From an uncultured delta proteobacterium (lineage in GTDB: Bacteria > Myxococcota_A > Polyangia > Haliangiales > Haliangiaceae): 64,000 nt of DNA. The stretch covers positions 544,001 to 608,000 of the forward strand of contig CAWKDB010000002.1 in NCBI GenBank assembly GCA_963848295.1, given 5' to 3'. Numbering within the stretch: the first letter of the stretch is position 1; each line of letters begins with the position of its first letter. A program made the translations under genes and the position numbers. Shown piece by piece: positions 14,542 to 28,825 of this stretch. The notes beneath the pieces are model-generated. The model saw only the letters and a program-made list of their open reading frames with translations, made no database searches and was not told where the DNA came from.

Positions 14542-15006
14542 ATGAAAATCATTAGCCTGGTCTCGGTCGCGATCCTCGGTGCGTGCGGCGGCGGTAGCTC
14601 CCCCGCGATCGATTCGCCGAGCCCGCACGACGCCGCCGCTCACGACTCGAAGGTGTTCTTGGACAGTCCCGGCGCAGCGGCGCTGACCGTCAAGAACTAT
14701 GACGCGTGGTGCTCGGTGACGGTCAACGGCGGAGCCGCGTCGACCGGCGCGCAGCAAGTGGTCACGCCCGCAGCCGGTACGATCAGCCTCGCCGCGGTCG
14801 CGCTCGACGGCTTCGAGCTCGGCCCCGCGCCGTGGCACGACACCGCCGGCGATACCGGCACGGGCGATCCCGGCACGGTGACGGGCACCGGCCAGTCCGC
14901 CTCGGACGCGACGACGGTCGTATTCGGCACGAGCGCGAAGTGCGTCTGGGTGTGCTGCCCGTTCACGAATGGCACCGGGTGCCCGACCACCGATCAGTGC
15001 CCGTAG
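14542..15006 (+). CDS. Hypothetical lipoprotein with Cys-rich C-terminus
   Basis: MKIISLVSVAILGAC lipobox; ends CVWVCCPFTNGTGCPTTDQCP. Confidence 0.75.
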   Translation: MKIISLVSVAILGACGGGSSPAIDSPSPHDAAAHDSKVFLDSPGAAALTVKNYDAWCSVTVNGGAASTGAQQVVTPAAGTISLAAVALDGFELGPAPWHDTAGDTGTGDPGTVTGTGQSASDATTVVFGTSAKCVWVCCPFTNGTGCPTTDQCP

Positions 15007-15015
15007 CGGGGGCGG

Positions 15016-16583
<1,568 letters not shown>

Positions 16584-16584
<1 letters not shown>

Positions 16585-18002
16585 TAGCGGCCTCGCCGCC
16601 GGCGAGTCACCAGCGCGATCGCGAAGCCGAGCAGCACGAGCGAGCCGCCGCCCGAGCCGGTGCCGGCGTTACAGCCGCCGCCGTTGACCGTCACCGCGCC
16701 GGCCGGCTGGCACGCGTCACCGATGCCGTCGCCGTTCGCATCGGCCTGGTCGGGGTTCGCGACGAACGGGCAGTTGTCGGTCTTGTCGGGCACGCCGTCG
16801 CCATCGGTGTCGTTGCCTTTCGGCGACGAATCGCACGCGTCGCCGACGCCGTCACCATCGGTGTCCTTCTGGTCCGGGTTCGCGACGAACGGGCAGTTGT
16901 CCGTCGCGTTCGGCACGCCATCGCCGTCGACGTCGTTGTTGTTGAACGGATCGCACGCGTCGCCGATGCCGTCGCCGTCGGTGTCGGTCTGATCCGGGTT
17001 CGCGACGAACGGGCAGTTGTCGGTCGCGTTCGGCACGCCGTCGCCGTCGACATCGTTGTTGTCCGTCGAGTCGCACGCGTCGCCGATGCCGTCGCCGTCG
17101 GTATCCGTCTGGTCCGGGTTCGCGACGAACGGGCAGTTGTCGGTCGCGTTCGGGATGCCGTCGCCGTCGACGTCGTTGTTGTCCGTCGAGTCGCACGCGT
17201 CGCCGATGCCGTCGCCGTCGGTATCCGTCTGGTCCGGGTTCGCGACGAACGGGCAGTTGTCGGTCGCGTTCGGGATGCCGTCGCCGTCGACGTCGTTGTT
17301 GTCCGTCGGATCGCAGGCGTCGCCGAGCCCGTCGCCGTCGCTGTCGGTCTGGTCGGGGTTCGGAACGCTCGGACAGTTGTCGAGCGCGTCCGCGATACCG
17401 TCGCCGTCGAAGTCGCCGTTGAGGAACCCGCCGAAGAACTGGAGTCCGGGATCGACCGCGCAGCAGTCGCCGTTCCCACCGCTGATGTCGGGCGAGACGT
17501 AGTTCACCGGATTGCCGTTGTTCGCGTAGGTCGCGAGCACCCCGTTGTCCTTAGGGTCGAAAGCGTCGTATGGGAAGTTGGCGCAGTTGTCGATCATCGA
17601 GGCGACGTCGTAGTCCTGACCGGCATCCATCGTGAAAACCAGCGGCCCGTTGTCGACGAACTGATCGCCGTTCGAAACGTTCACCGGGTTGCCGTAGAAC
17701 ACCAGCGTCTCGTCTGGGTGGGTCCAGATCGCGAAGCGGACGTTGCTCGACGTCACCGGGTTGCCGTCGACGTCAGACCCGGTCGGCGCCAGGTGGCTCT
17801 TGATACCGGTGACCAACACGGTCTGGTCGGCGCGCATGTGCAGGCTGATCGCCCCATCACAACGCGCGGACCCTCCGTTGGGGACCGGCGCGGTGTCGAT
17901 CAACAGCGGCGCGCTCGCTGGCGCAGCCGCGGCTGCCCTGGTGACGAGGCTTCCCGGTACGATCAACGATGCAAGCAGCCACGTGCGCGCGAAGTTCGAC
18001 AA
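16584..18002 (-). CDS. Cell-surface protein with thrombospondin type 3 repeats and MYXO-CTERM anchor
   Basis: Signal peptide, about 165-aa N-terminal domain, six TSP3 double repeats and C-terminal GGGCNAG...[18 protein letters not shown]. Confidence 0.85.
16707..17414 (-). repeat. Six tandem ~120-bp coding repeats (TSP3, 40 aa)
   Basis: Units such as [40 protein letters not shown]. The central copies (17041-17160 vs 17161-17280) are nearly identical in DNA. Confidence 0.95.
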
Positions 18003-18082
18003 AGCAGTCCCCCTTGAAAAGACAGCGGTCAGGCTACAGCAAGTGCCCGGCGAAATGCACTCTCGAGCCGGGTACGCGTGGG

Positions 18083-18694
18083 TTACGCGAGCACGCCGCG
18101 CAGCGCGACGAGCAGCAGCTCGTCGACCACCGCTTCGACTTCCGGCGCCGCCGGCTCGGTGACGAGCATCTCGACGATGCCGCGGATCATCCCGAGCATC
18201 GCGGACGCGGCGAGCTGGGGCTGGACCTTGCGCAACAGGCCGATCTCCATCCCCGACTCGAACGCGCGCCGCAACAGATCGCGGACCTCGCCGAAGAACT
18301 GATCGAGCCGCTCGGCGGCCTCGGCATCCGGCGTGTGGCCCGCGGACAGCAGGAGCATCGCGAGCGCGCGATCGCGCACGATGTACTCGAGCGTCGAGAC
18401 GACCTGCGCGCGGAGCTGGACCTGCGGCGGCGGCGCCTTCGGATCGTCGACCTCGATGCGATACATGCGCGCGCGCAGATCGCCCATCGCCTGATCGAGG
18501 ATCGAGTCGAACACCGCCTCCTTGCTCGCGAAGTACAAGTAGAACGTGCCGCGCGCGATCTGCGCGCGCTCGATGATCGCGTGGATCGACGCGCCGTGAT
18601 AGCCGGCGTCGGCGAACACCGCCTTCGCGGCCTCGATGATCTGACGGCGGCGCTCGAGCTTCGCGCGCTCGCCGGTGTCGACGGTCATCGCCAC
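18083..18694 (-). CDS. TetR/AcrR family transcriptional regulator
   Basis: [47 protein letters not shown]. Confidence 0.95.
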   Translation of the reverse strand: MAMTVDTGERAKLERRRQIIEAAKAVFADAGYHGASIHAIIERAQIARGTFYLYFASKEAVFDSILDQAMGDLRARMYRIEVDDPKAPPPQVQLRAQVVSTLEYIVRDRALAMLLLSAGHTPDAEAAERLDQFFGEVRDLLRRAFESGMEIGLLRKVQPQLAASAMLGMIRGIVEMLVTEPAAPEVEAVVDELLLVALRGVLA

Positions 18695-18695
18695 G

Positions 18696-19874
<1,179 letters not shown>

Positions 19875-20140
19875 CTGGCGAACCCGACGCGCCCGTCGCT
19901 TGCCCGGGAACGGTCGAAAACCACGACGCGCCATCTAGATCCACTACGGTTAACCTAGGACCGGCGATCGGTCAATGAACGCGTTTTCCGCCGGGCCTTG
20001 CCAGGGCTTAAGCCGAGGGCCGGGCTGGACCCATGGGGTTGCCGTAGCCAGCTCGAGGCGTTGCGGTTTGCAACGCGCGCTCGCGGCAGGCGCTCGCGAC
20101 GCGGGGTTGCGCTGGCGCAGCGCTTGCTCATCGCGCGGGC

Positions 20141-21241
20141 GTGAGCGAGCTCGTCCTCCACGGTGTCCGCAAGATCTACGAAGGCCAGACTCGCCCGGTC
20201 ATCCCCGATCTCGACCTGACGATTCCGTCCGGCAAGATGGCGGTGCTGGTCGGGCCGTCGGGGTGCGGCAAGTCGACGACGCTGCGCATGGTCGCCGGGC
20301 TCGAGGAGCCGACCGCCGGCAAGATCACGATCGCGGGCCGCGACGTCACGAACCTGCCCCCCGCCGAGCGCGACATCGCGATGGTGTTCCAGAGCTACGC
20401 GCTGTATCCGCACATGTCCGTGTTCGAGAACATGGCGTTCGGGCTGCGCATCCAGCATCTGCCTGATGCCGAGATCAAGAAGCGCGTGCTCGCGGTCGCG
20501 ACGAGCATGGGTCTCGAGACCTATCTCGAGCGCAGGCCGAAGGCGCTGTCCGGCGGACAACGCCAGCGCGTCGCGATCGGTCGCGCGGTCGTGCGCCAAC
20601 CGAAGGTGTTCTTGTTCGACGAGCCGCTGTCGAACCTCGACGCGAAGCTGCGTGGCGACATGCGGCGCGAGATCGCGCGGATCCATCGCGACTCCGATGC
20701 GACCGCGATGTACGTGACCCACGATCAGATCGAAGCGATGACGCTCGCCGATCAGATCGTCGTGTTGAAGGACGGGGTGATCCAGCAGATCGGCACGCCG
20801 GCGGAGATCTACGAGCAACCCGCGAATCGCTTCGTCGCCGGGTTTTTCGGCACCCCGACGATGAATTTTCTCGCCGCCGATCTGACCCAACAAGGCGATC
20901 GCCAGGCCGCGCGCGGGCCCGGGTTCGAGATTCCGCTCGGTCGGCCGCCCGAGCTCCGGCCAGCGCAAGCCACGGTCGATCGCATCGTCGTCGGCATTCG
21001 CCCCGAGCGGCTGTCGCTGACTGGCGGCGCACCCGGCTCGGCTGACATCGCGCTGTCGGCCGAGGTCGCGATGCGCGAGATGCTCGGCGCCGAGGTCGTG
21101 CTTCACCTCGAGTCGCCGGCCGGCCCGCTCACCGTGCGCACCGAGGCGGGCTCCGCCGCGCGCCCCGGCGACACCGTCGTGGTCTGGCTCGATCCGCACG
21201 CGATCCATCTGTTCGACGGCGCGACCGAGGTCCGGCTTTGA
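20141..21241 (+). CDS. malK: Sugar ABC transporter ATP-binding protein (MalK/MsmX)
   Basis: GPSGCGKST, LSGGQRQR, FDEPLSNLD and C-terminal TOBE domain. Confidence 0.93.
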   Translation: MSELVLHGVRKIYEGQTRPVIPDLDLTIPSGKMAVLVGPSGCGKSTTLRMVAGLEEPTAGKITIAGRDVTNLPPAERDIAMVFQSYALYPHMSVFENMAFGLRIQHLPDAEIKKRVLAVATSMGLETYLERRPKALSGGQRQRVAIGRAVVRQPKVFLFDEPLSNLDAKLRGDMRREIARIHRDSDATAMYVTHDQIEAMTLADQIVVLKDGVIQQIGTPAEIYEQPANRFVAGFFGTPTMNFLAADLTQQGDRQAARGPGFEIPLGRPPELRPAQATVDRIVVGIRPERLSLTGGAPGSADIALSAEVAMREMLGAEVVLHLESPAGPLTVRTEAGSAARPGDTVVVWLDPHAIHLFDGATEVRL

Positions 21242-22407
21242 AGCTGTGGCTCGCCCTGTTCTTGGCGTTCGCCGCGTGCAACGAGCCGCGCGGCGTCGTG
21301 CTGTGGCACGCGTACAGCGACCAGGAGCGCACCGCGCTCGAAGCGAACGCGGCGGCGTGGAACTCCGCGCATCCCGACACTCCGCTCACGCTCGTGTTCG
21401 TGCCGCACGATGCGTTCGCCGACAAGTTGTCGTCGGCGATCCCGCGCGGCAACGGGCCGGACCTGTTCATCTACCCGCAAGATCGGATCGGCGACTGGGC
21501 CGACGCCGGCGTGATCGAGCCGCTCGAGTTCTGGGTCGACGACGCGCGCGCCGATCGCTTCGGCGACGACGCGCTCGGCGCGATGACGTATCACGATTCG
21601 CTGTGGGGCCTGCCCTTCGCGATCAAGACGCTCGCGCTGTATTACCGCACCGACCTCGTCGCGCAGCCGCCGAAGACGACCGACGAGCTGCTCGCGCTCG
21701 CGCCGCAGATGAAGGCGCGCCACGGCTTCGCGCTCGCCTACGCGAACGTCGATCTCTACGGCCACTCGCCATGGCTGCACGGGTTCGGTGGGCGCGTGAT
21801 GGACGACCACGGCAAGCTCGCGATCGCGACGCCGGAGGCCGCCGCGGCTTTGGCGTTCGCGCGCCAGCTCGTCACCACCGGCGCGGTGCCCGACGACGCG
21901 CAGGATCCGCTCGTCGCGAGCCTGTTCAACGACGGCCGCGCGGCGACCGCGATGGCCGGACCGTTCTTCGCCGCGAACATCGCGGACGGCGTGCCGTGGA
22001 ACGTGACCACGCTGCCAACCGTCAGCGCGACCGGTAAGCCGGCGGCGCCGTTCGCGAGCACCGAGGGCATCTTGATGTCCGCCCGCGCCGCGAACAAAGA
22101 CCGCGCGTTCGCGGTGATGGACTTCTTGACGGGCGATGCGGCCGCGAAGACGCGCGCGCTGGTCGGCCATCAGATCGTGCCTAACAACGCGGCGCGCGCC
22201 GACCCCGAGTTGATCCACGACCGCGTGATCGCGGCGTTCACTCGCCAGCTCGCCCACGTCGTACCGATGTCGAAGGGCTCGGGCATGCGCGTCGTGTGGA
22301 CGCCGTACAAGACCGCGCTCGGCGACGTGTTGTCCGGACGCGCCGAGCCGTACGCGCGGCTCGTCAAGCTCGAGGATGAGATCGCCGGCTATCTGGAGCG
22401 CGAGTGA
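21238..22407 (+). CDS. malE: Maltose/maltodextrin-type extracellular solute-binding lipoprotein
   Basis: Lipobox FAAC; GPDLFIYPQDRIGDWA and LALYYRTDLV..PPKT. Confidence 0.82.
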   Translation: MKLWLALFLAFAACNEPRGVVLWHAYSDQERTALEANAAAWNSAHPDTPLTLVFVPHDAFADKLSSAIPRGNGPDLFIYPQDRIGDWADAGVIEPLEFWVDDARADRFGDDALGAMTYHDSLWGLPFAIKTLALYYRTDLVAQPPKTTDELLALAPQMKARHGFALAYANVDLYGHSPWLHGFGGRVMDDHGKLAIATPEAAAALAFARQLVTTGAVPDDAQDPLVASLFNDGRAATAMAGPFFAANIADGVPWNVTTLPTVSATGKPAAPFASTEGILMSARAANKDRAFAVMDFLTGDAAAKTRALVGHQIVPNNAARADPELIHDRVIAAFTRQLAHVVPMSKGSGMRVVWTPYKTALGDVLSGRAEPYARLVKLEDEIAGYLERE

Positions 22408-23975
22408 GCGAGACCCGCGGCCCGGTCGTGCAGCGCCAGTTGCGCGACTTCGTGATCGTCGCGCTGCTCGCGATCGCGATCGTGACGGCCGCGTTCGTAT
22501 CGGCGCGCAATCGCGAGCTCGCCGAACATCAGCTCGATCTCGCGGCGCGCGCGATCGAGCGGCTCGTGTTGGACCACGAGGAGCTGCCGTCGGCGCACGC
22601 CGCGATCGTCGAACCGGCGGTCGGCTCCGCGCGGCATCCGTATCTGCGTCATCGCCGCGTGTTCGATGGAGGCACGATCCGCCAGCTCGGCAGCGGCCCC
22701 GATGACAAGCTGCTGTACGACGCGGCGAATCGCGTCGAGCGCAGCGGGCGGTTTGCCGAGCTGTTGCCCGATGGTAGCGGGCGCGCCCTCGCGGGCGAGC
22801 GCGATGGCGGCAAGACCGTCGTCGCGGTCACCGAGCCGGGCGCACCCGCGCCGTTCCCGCTGCTCGTCATGGTCGGCGTGCTCGGCCTCGGCGGCGCGCT
22901 CGCTGCGGCCGGCGCGTTACTCGGCCGCCGCGCCGCACCCGTCGGCACGTTCGCCGGGCTCGCCACGCTCGCCATTCCCACGGTCCTCTGGCACTCGCCG
23001 ATCGCCGCGACCGCGATCGCGCTCGTCGCCGCGGCGACCGCGCTCGCGCAGCGCGTCGGCCTCACCGATCGGATCGCGAACGGCTTCATCCGCGATCGCG
23101 TCGCGCTCGGGTTCCTCGCGCCAGCCGGCCTCGCGATGCTCGTGCTCGTCGCGGCTCCGTTCGTGATCGGCATCGTCTTGGGGTTCTACGATCACCACCA
23201 AGGGACGTGGACGTTCGTCGGTTTGTCGAACTTCGGAGAGATCCTGTCCGGCGGAGGCCGCGCACTCGATGATCCGTTGAACTTCTGGTTCATCCTCGGA
23301 GTCACCGTGTTGTGGACAGCGTGCAACATGGTGTTGCACGTCTCGCTCGGCGTCGCGCTCGCGCTCGTGTTGTCGCGCAAGTGGATGCGCGGCAAGGGCG
23401 TGTTCCGGATGCTGCTGATCTTGCCGTGGGCGATCCCGAACTACATCACCGCGCTGATCTGGCACAGCATGTTCACGGGCGAATACGGCGTGATCAACTC
23501 GCTGTTGCACGCGGCGCATCTGTCGGGCGTCTCGTGGTTCTCGTCGTGGGCTAGCGCGTTCTCCGCGAACGTGATCACGAATACGTGGCTCGGCTTTCCG
23601 TTCATGATGGTCGTCGCGCTCGGTGCGCTCGAGACGATTCCACGCGAGCTGTACGAAGCCGCGTCCGTCGATGGCGCCTCGGCGTGGCAGCGGTTCCGCC
23701 ACATCACGGTGCCGCACTTGCGCCCCGCTCTCGGCCCGGCGATCGCGCTCGGCTCGATCTGGACGTTCAACATGTTCAACGTGATCTTCCTGGTGTCGGC
23801 GGGCAAGCCGGGCGACTCGACGAACATCCTCGTCACCGATGCGTATCGCTGGGCGTTCGAACGCGGCGATCGCTACGGCATGGCCGCGGCGTACGCGACG
23901 ATCATCTTCTTGATCCTGCTGCTGTGGACGGTGTTCGGCACGCGGATCATGCGGACGAAGGACACCGATCCGTGA
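22404..23975 (+). CDS. malF: Sugar ABC transporter permease (MalF-like) with N-terminal extension
   Basis: LILPWAIP, NTWLGFPFMM, ELYEAASVDGA (EAA loop) and TFNMFNVI. Confidence 0.88.
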   Translation: MSETRGPVVQRQLRDFVIVALLAIAIVTAAFVSARNRELAEHQLDLAARAIERLVLDHEELPSAHAAIVEPAVGSARHPYLRHRRVFDGGTIRQLGSGPDDKLLYDAANRVERSGRFAELLPDGSGRALAGERDGGKTVVAVTEPGAPAPFPLLVMVGVLGLGGALAAAGALLGRRAAPVGTFAGLATLAIPTVLWHSPIAATAIALVAAATALAQRVGLTDRIANGFIRDRVALGFLAPAGLAMLVLVAAPFVIGIVLGFYDHHQGTWTFVGLSNFGEILSGGGRALDDPLNFWFILGVTVLWTACNMVLHVSLGVALALVLSRKWMRGKGVFRMLLILPWAIPNYITALIWHSMFTGEYGVINSLLHAAHLSGVSWFSSWASAFSANVITNTWLGFPFMMVVALGALETIPRELYEAASVDGASAWQRFRHITVPHLRPALGPAIALGSIWTFNMFNVIFLVSAGKPGDSTNILVTDAYRWAFERGDRYGMAAAYATIIFLILLLWTVFGTRIMRTKDTDP

Positions 23976-24825
23976 GCGCAGAACGCAAGCCGAGAACGGT
24001 CTGGCTCGTGCTCGCGCACGTCGCGGTCGTCATGCTCGTCGCGATCGTCTTGTACCCCGTGATGCTCGTGTGCAAGCAGGCGTTCGAGCCCGGCCGCAGC
24101 CTCGCGATGTCGTCGTCGCCGATCCCGAGCGGCGTGACGTTGGACCACTTTCGCGATCTGGTCTCGACCCGCGGTAGCCACGGCGAGCTGCTGTTCGTGC
24201 GCCAGGCGTTCAACTCGATCGTGATCTCGCTGCTCACCACCGTCGTCGGCGTCGCGCTGTCGTGCACCGCGGCCTACGCGCTGTCGCGGTTCAAGTTCCC
24301 GGGCCGCAAGGCCGGGCTCGCGAGCTTCCTCGTCGTCCAGATGTTCCCGGCGACGCTGCTGCTCATGCCGCTGTACGTGATCCTCGACAAGCTGGGCCTG
24401 CTCAACTCGATCATCGGCCTCGTGCTTGTCTACTCGACGACCGCGATCCCGTTCTGCGTGTGGACCCTGAAGGGCTACTTCGACACGTTGCCGCGCGAGC
24501 TCGAAGAAGCGGCGCGGATCGATGGCGCCTCGCCGTGGCTGATCTTCCGCCGGATCATCCTGCCGCTCGCCCAACCGGGCATCGCGGTGACCGCGCTGTT
24601 CGCGTTCATGACCGCATGGAACGAGTTCATCATGGCGTCGACGTTCATGACCGACGAGTCTGGCTATACGCTGCCGGTGTTGATCCAGTCGAGCGTCGGC
24701 GATCACACGGCGAACTTCGGGACCTTCGCCGCCGGGACGATCGTCACCTCGATCCCGGTGATGGTCGTGTTCTACGCGCTGCAGCGCTATCTCGTCGGCG
24801 GTCTCACCGCCGGTGCGGTCAAGGG

Positions 24826-24829
<4 letters not shown>
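23972..24829 (+). CDS. malG: Sugar ABC transporter permease (MalG-like)
   Basis: GTGA overlap; AAYALSRFKFPG, VQMFP, ELEEAARIDGA and GLTAGAVKG. Confidence 0.92.
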
Positions 24830-25668
<839 letters not shown>

Positions 25669-25677
25669 GTTTGCTCC

Positions 25678-26808
25678 TTAGAACGAACCGGCGACCGAGA
25701 GGCCGCCGCCATCCGGTTGGACCCACGGCGCGACCGCGGTCTTGGGTGCGGCCTCGTAAGCGCGCTCGCCGGGCCGATAGCGAAACTGATACCAGTAGGC
25801 GGTGAACCCGGCGGCGACGATCGCGCTGGCCAGGCAAGCATCGGTGACGTGCGCGAGGTCCTTGCCGTTGATCCGCGCGTCGGTGCGCTGCGCTGCGGTC
25901 GAATGCGGGGCGACGTAGACCTTGTGCTGCGAGATCGCCGACACGCCGGTGATCGACGAGACGATGATCAATGCTCCCGTCGCGCCAGCGCCGACGATCA
26001 TCGGCACGAGCGACGGCTTCGGTACCACCGGCGGCGGCTCTGGCTCGTAGCCGACCGGCTTGATCACGACCGGCACCGGCGTGAGCTCGAGCGTGCGGTC
26101 GCTCTCCGACCCTGCGTCGATCTTGAGCTCGACGTCTTTGGGCTGAAAGCCCTCTGCTGCGAGGTACGCGGTGTACGTGCCAGGCAGCATGACGAGCGGC
26201 TGGGCCAATGGCGACGTGCCGACCGTGTTGCCGTTGATCGTCACGCTCGTCCCGTCGGGCTTGATGTTCAGCGTGATCACGCCGAGCTTGCCGGAGACGG
26301 CGTCGAGCATCGCCGCCGCCTTCTTCGCGATGTCCGGCTTGATCCCGGTCGCGGCGGCGATGGCCTTGAGCTGTTGCCGTTCCTCGACGAGCATGCCCGC
26401 TTTGTCTTCGGCTTGCGCGAGCGCGAACGCCACGTTGTTGTCTTCGCCGGCGTCGATCGCCTTCTGATACGCGGTCACCGCGTTGGTGTACTCCGGCTTC
26501 GCGTCGTCGGGCTTGCCCTCCTTGGTCAGCGCGTCGCCGCGCTTGACGAGCTCCTGCGCAGCCTGCAACCACCTCTTCGCGACCTTCGGATCTTTGACCG
26601 GCGCAGCCGGCGGTGTGTCAGCCGGCGACGTACCGGTCGGAGTCGGCGGGGTCGGCGTCGGAGTCGGAGCCGGGGGCGGGGCATCGCCGTCGACGTCGAC
26701 ATCGTCACTGCCCTTCGCGCCGCTGCCATCGCCCGGTGCAGCGCGCGCGACTCCCGAGCCGATGATCGCACACGACGCACAAGCGACAGCGAGTAGGCGC
26801 ACTCCCAT
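25678..26808 (-). CDS. TPR plus PEGA domain exported protein
   Basis: Signal peptide ending ARA, TPR-like helices, PEGA ([19 protein letters not shown]) and C-terminal GLSVAGSF. Confidence 0.8.
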   Translation of the reverse strand: MGVRLLAVACASCAIIGSGVARAAPGDGSGAKGSDDVDVDGDAPPPAPTPTPTPPTPTGTSPADTPPAAPVKDPKVAKRWLQAAQELVKRGDALTKEGKPDDAKPEYTNAVTAYQKAIDAGEDNNVAFALAQAEDKAGMLVEERQQLKAIAAATGIKPDIAKKAAAMLDAVSGKLGVITLNIKPDGTSVTINGNTVGTSPLAQPLVMLPGTYTAYLAAEGFQPKDVELKIDAGSESDRTLELTPVPVVIKPVGYEPEPPPVVPKPSLVPMIVGAGATGALIIVSSITGVSAISQHKVYVAPHSTAAQRTDARINGKDLAHVTDACLASAIVAAGFTAYWYQFRYRPGERAYEAAPKTAVAPWVQPDGGGLSVAGSF

Positions 26809-26855
26809 GCCGCTCCATACTACTACGGCGCACCGGCTTTCGCTCACCGCGTGGG

Positions 26856-27647
26856 CTAGGCGTCGCCGTGGAGCCGGCGTGCGGCCGCTCCGAGCTTCGC
26901 GATGTAGTCGAGCGACCGCAGTGGCTTGCCGACCAGGCTCGTGACCATCGCGATCAGCGCTTCGCGGGCGGTGCGGCGATCGCCCGGCGCGAACGCGGGG
27001 TCGGCGTCGCACGTGCGCGCACCTTCGATTCCGGCCGCGGCGATCGCACGCAAGTAGGCGAGCGCCGCGGCGTCGATCGCGCGCACGCCCGCGCTCCGGC
27101 TGTGCGCCGCGCAGCTCCGGCAGATCGCGCCGCCGCGTTCCGGATCGAACACCGCGCCGGCGAGCTCGCCCCGCCCGCACGCCGCGCAGCCGTCGAGCGC
27201 CGGGCGATGACCGGCGAGCTCGAGCAGCGCGAGCTCGGCCGCGCGCAACACGGCGGGCGACGGTCCGCCGGCGGCGAGGCTGTCCCACAACCCGACGATG
27301 ATCGCGAGCGCTTCGGGATCGGGCGCTTCGGCCGGCAGCAACGCGCCGATCAGCTCCGCGATGTAGCTCGCGTGTGCGACCGCGACCACGTCGCTCGCGA
27401 GCGCCTGCCATTCGCGCTCCACCTCGGCGGCCTCGAGCGACCACAGCTCGCCACGTGGTCGGCGCCCGAGCTGATAGCGGCCGAGCACGAGCAGCTGCAA
27501 TGCGCCCGCGAACCGGCGCTGCGACTTGCGAGCACCGCGAGCGACGGCGGAGATCCGCCCGTGCTGCTCGGTGTACAGCGTGACCAGCAGATCGGATTCC
27601 CGCAGCGGCGTCGTCTTCAAGACAACGCCGAGCTCGCCTTGCGCCAT
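26856..27647 (-). CDS. recO: DNA repair protein RecO
   Basis: GVVLKTTPLRESDLLVTLYTEQHGRISAVARGARKSQRRF; zinc finger CAAC...GGAICRSC. Confidence 0.95.
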   Translation of the reverse strand: MAQGELGVVLKTTPLRESDLLVTLYTEQHGRISAVARGARKSQRRFAGALQLLVLGRYQLGRRPRGELWSLEAAEVEREWQALASDVVAVAHASYIAELIGALLPAEAPDPEALAIIVGLWDSLAAGGPSPAVLRAAELALLELAGHRPALDGCAACGRGELAGAVFDPERGGAICRSCAAHSRSAGVRAIDAAALAYLRAIAAAGIEGARTCDADPAFAPGDRRTAREALIAMVTSLVGKPLRSLDYIAKLGAAARRLHGDA

Positions 27648-28825
27648 CAGCCCAGCGTAAGCGACGAATCAGCCATCGTCACGCCCGTACCGCCCGAGCT
27701 CGGCCGGCGCATCAAGTAGCTCAGCGTCAGCGTCGCGGCGATCAGCAGGATGATCACGGCGAGCGTCAGCCCACCTTGGCGCGCGGAGCGATCTTCGCGA
27801 TCGAGCAGGATCGGCGGCAGGAACGAGCGGCGATGCTCCTTCGCCGAGGTGCGCTGCTCTTGTTCCTGCTCCGCGGAGTCGGGGTTCGCGTCGTCGATCA
27901 CCAAGCTCGGCGAGCTCGCGGCCGCCGAGACCGGACGCGACCACGCAGGGCGACGCCACGGCACCGACGGTGCGATCGGCGGCATCGTCGGCGCCCATGC
28001 GACGACAGGGTCCTCCGCGTCGCTGCATGGCGATGCGGTTCGATCGACCACTTCGATCGGTGCGCTCGCGATCGCGGCGCTGGGTTCGGCCGGAGGCTCG
28101 ATCGGCGCATCGCCGATCGCCTCGACTACCGCCAGGGTCGGCTCGGCGATCGCGTCGGCGGTCTCGCCGATGACGGGCGCAACGACCAGCTCGCCATCGG
28201 GCGGCGGCAACGTGCCCTTCGCGCGACGCGTCCGCGGCTTCGCCGTGGCGGTCGTCGCCGCCTTCTTGCGCGGAGCGCGTTTCCTCTTCGTCGGCGCGCC
28301 GAGGTCAGCGGCGACCGCGTGCGAGTCGTGCTCGCTCACCGGCGCCGTGCCGATCGCCTCGACCGAGACCGGAGCGGCCTCGACGATGCGGGCTTGCCCC
28401 GCGCTCGCCGACGTCGGCGCGAGCTCGGCCATCGTCTCGACCAACGCGCGCGCGACGGGCGTCGGCGCTGCGGTCGCGGGTTTGGCGACGCTCGATCGAA
28501 CCTCGCCGCCATGCGGCGTCGCGGCCGGCGGTGGGCAGGCGCCGACCGTCGAGCCCTGCGCGACGCACGCGCCGTAGCGCTCGAGCGCCTCGCTCTCGTC
28601 GAGCCCGACGCAGCGAGCGAAGCTGCGCACGAACCCGCGGACGAACACGTCGGCGGGCAAGCCATCGAACCGACCCGCTTCGAGCGACTCGAGGATCCGC
28701 TGCTGGATCTTCGTGACCTTCGCGACGTCCTCGACGCTCATCTTGCGGCGCGACCGCGCGGTGCGCAGCCAACCCGCGAGCTCGCCGCGCGCGTCGCTGG
28801 ACTCCGCGGACTGCTGCGACTCCAT
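27647..28825 (-). CDS. RodZ-like helix-turn-helix membrane protein
   Basis: LRTAR..SVEDVAKVTKI..LE.G.FDGLPADVFVRGFVRSFARCVGLD, a long disordered linker and one C-terminal TM. Confidence 0.85.
   Translation of the reverse strand: MESQQSAESSDARGELAGWLRTARSRRKMSVEDVAKVTKIQQRILESLEAGRFDGLPADVFVRGFVRSFARCVGLDESEALERYGACVAQGSTVGACPPPAATPHGGEVRSSVAKPATAAPTPVARALVETMAELAPTSASAGQARIVEAAPVSVEAIGTAPVSEHDSHAVAADLGAPTKRKRAPRKKAATTATAKPRTRRAKGTLPPPDGELVVAPVIGETADAIAEPTLAVVEAIGDAPIEPPAEPSAAIASAPIEVVDRTASPCSDAEDPVVAWAPTMPPIAPSVPWRRPAWSRPVSAAASSPSLVIDDANPDSAEQEQEQRTSAKEHRRSFLPPILLDREDRSARQGGLTLAVIILLIAATLTLSYLMRRPSSGGTGVTMADSSLTLG

Noticed and set aside
16707..17414. Regular repeats as a possible CRISPR array
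   Set aside because: In-frame 120-bp coding repeats with no unique spacers, and no cas genes.
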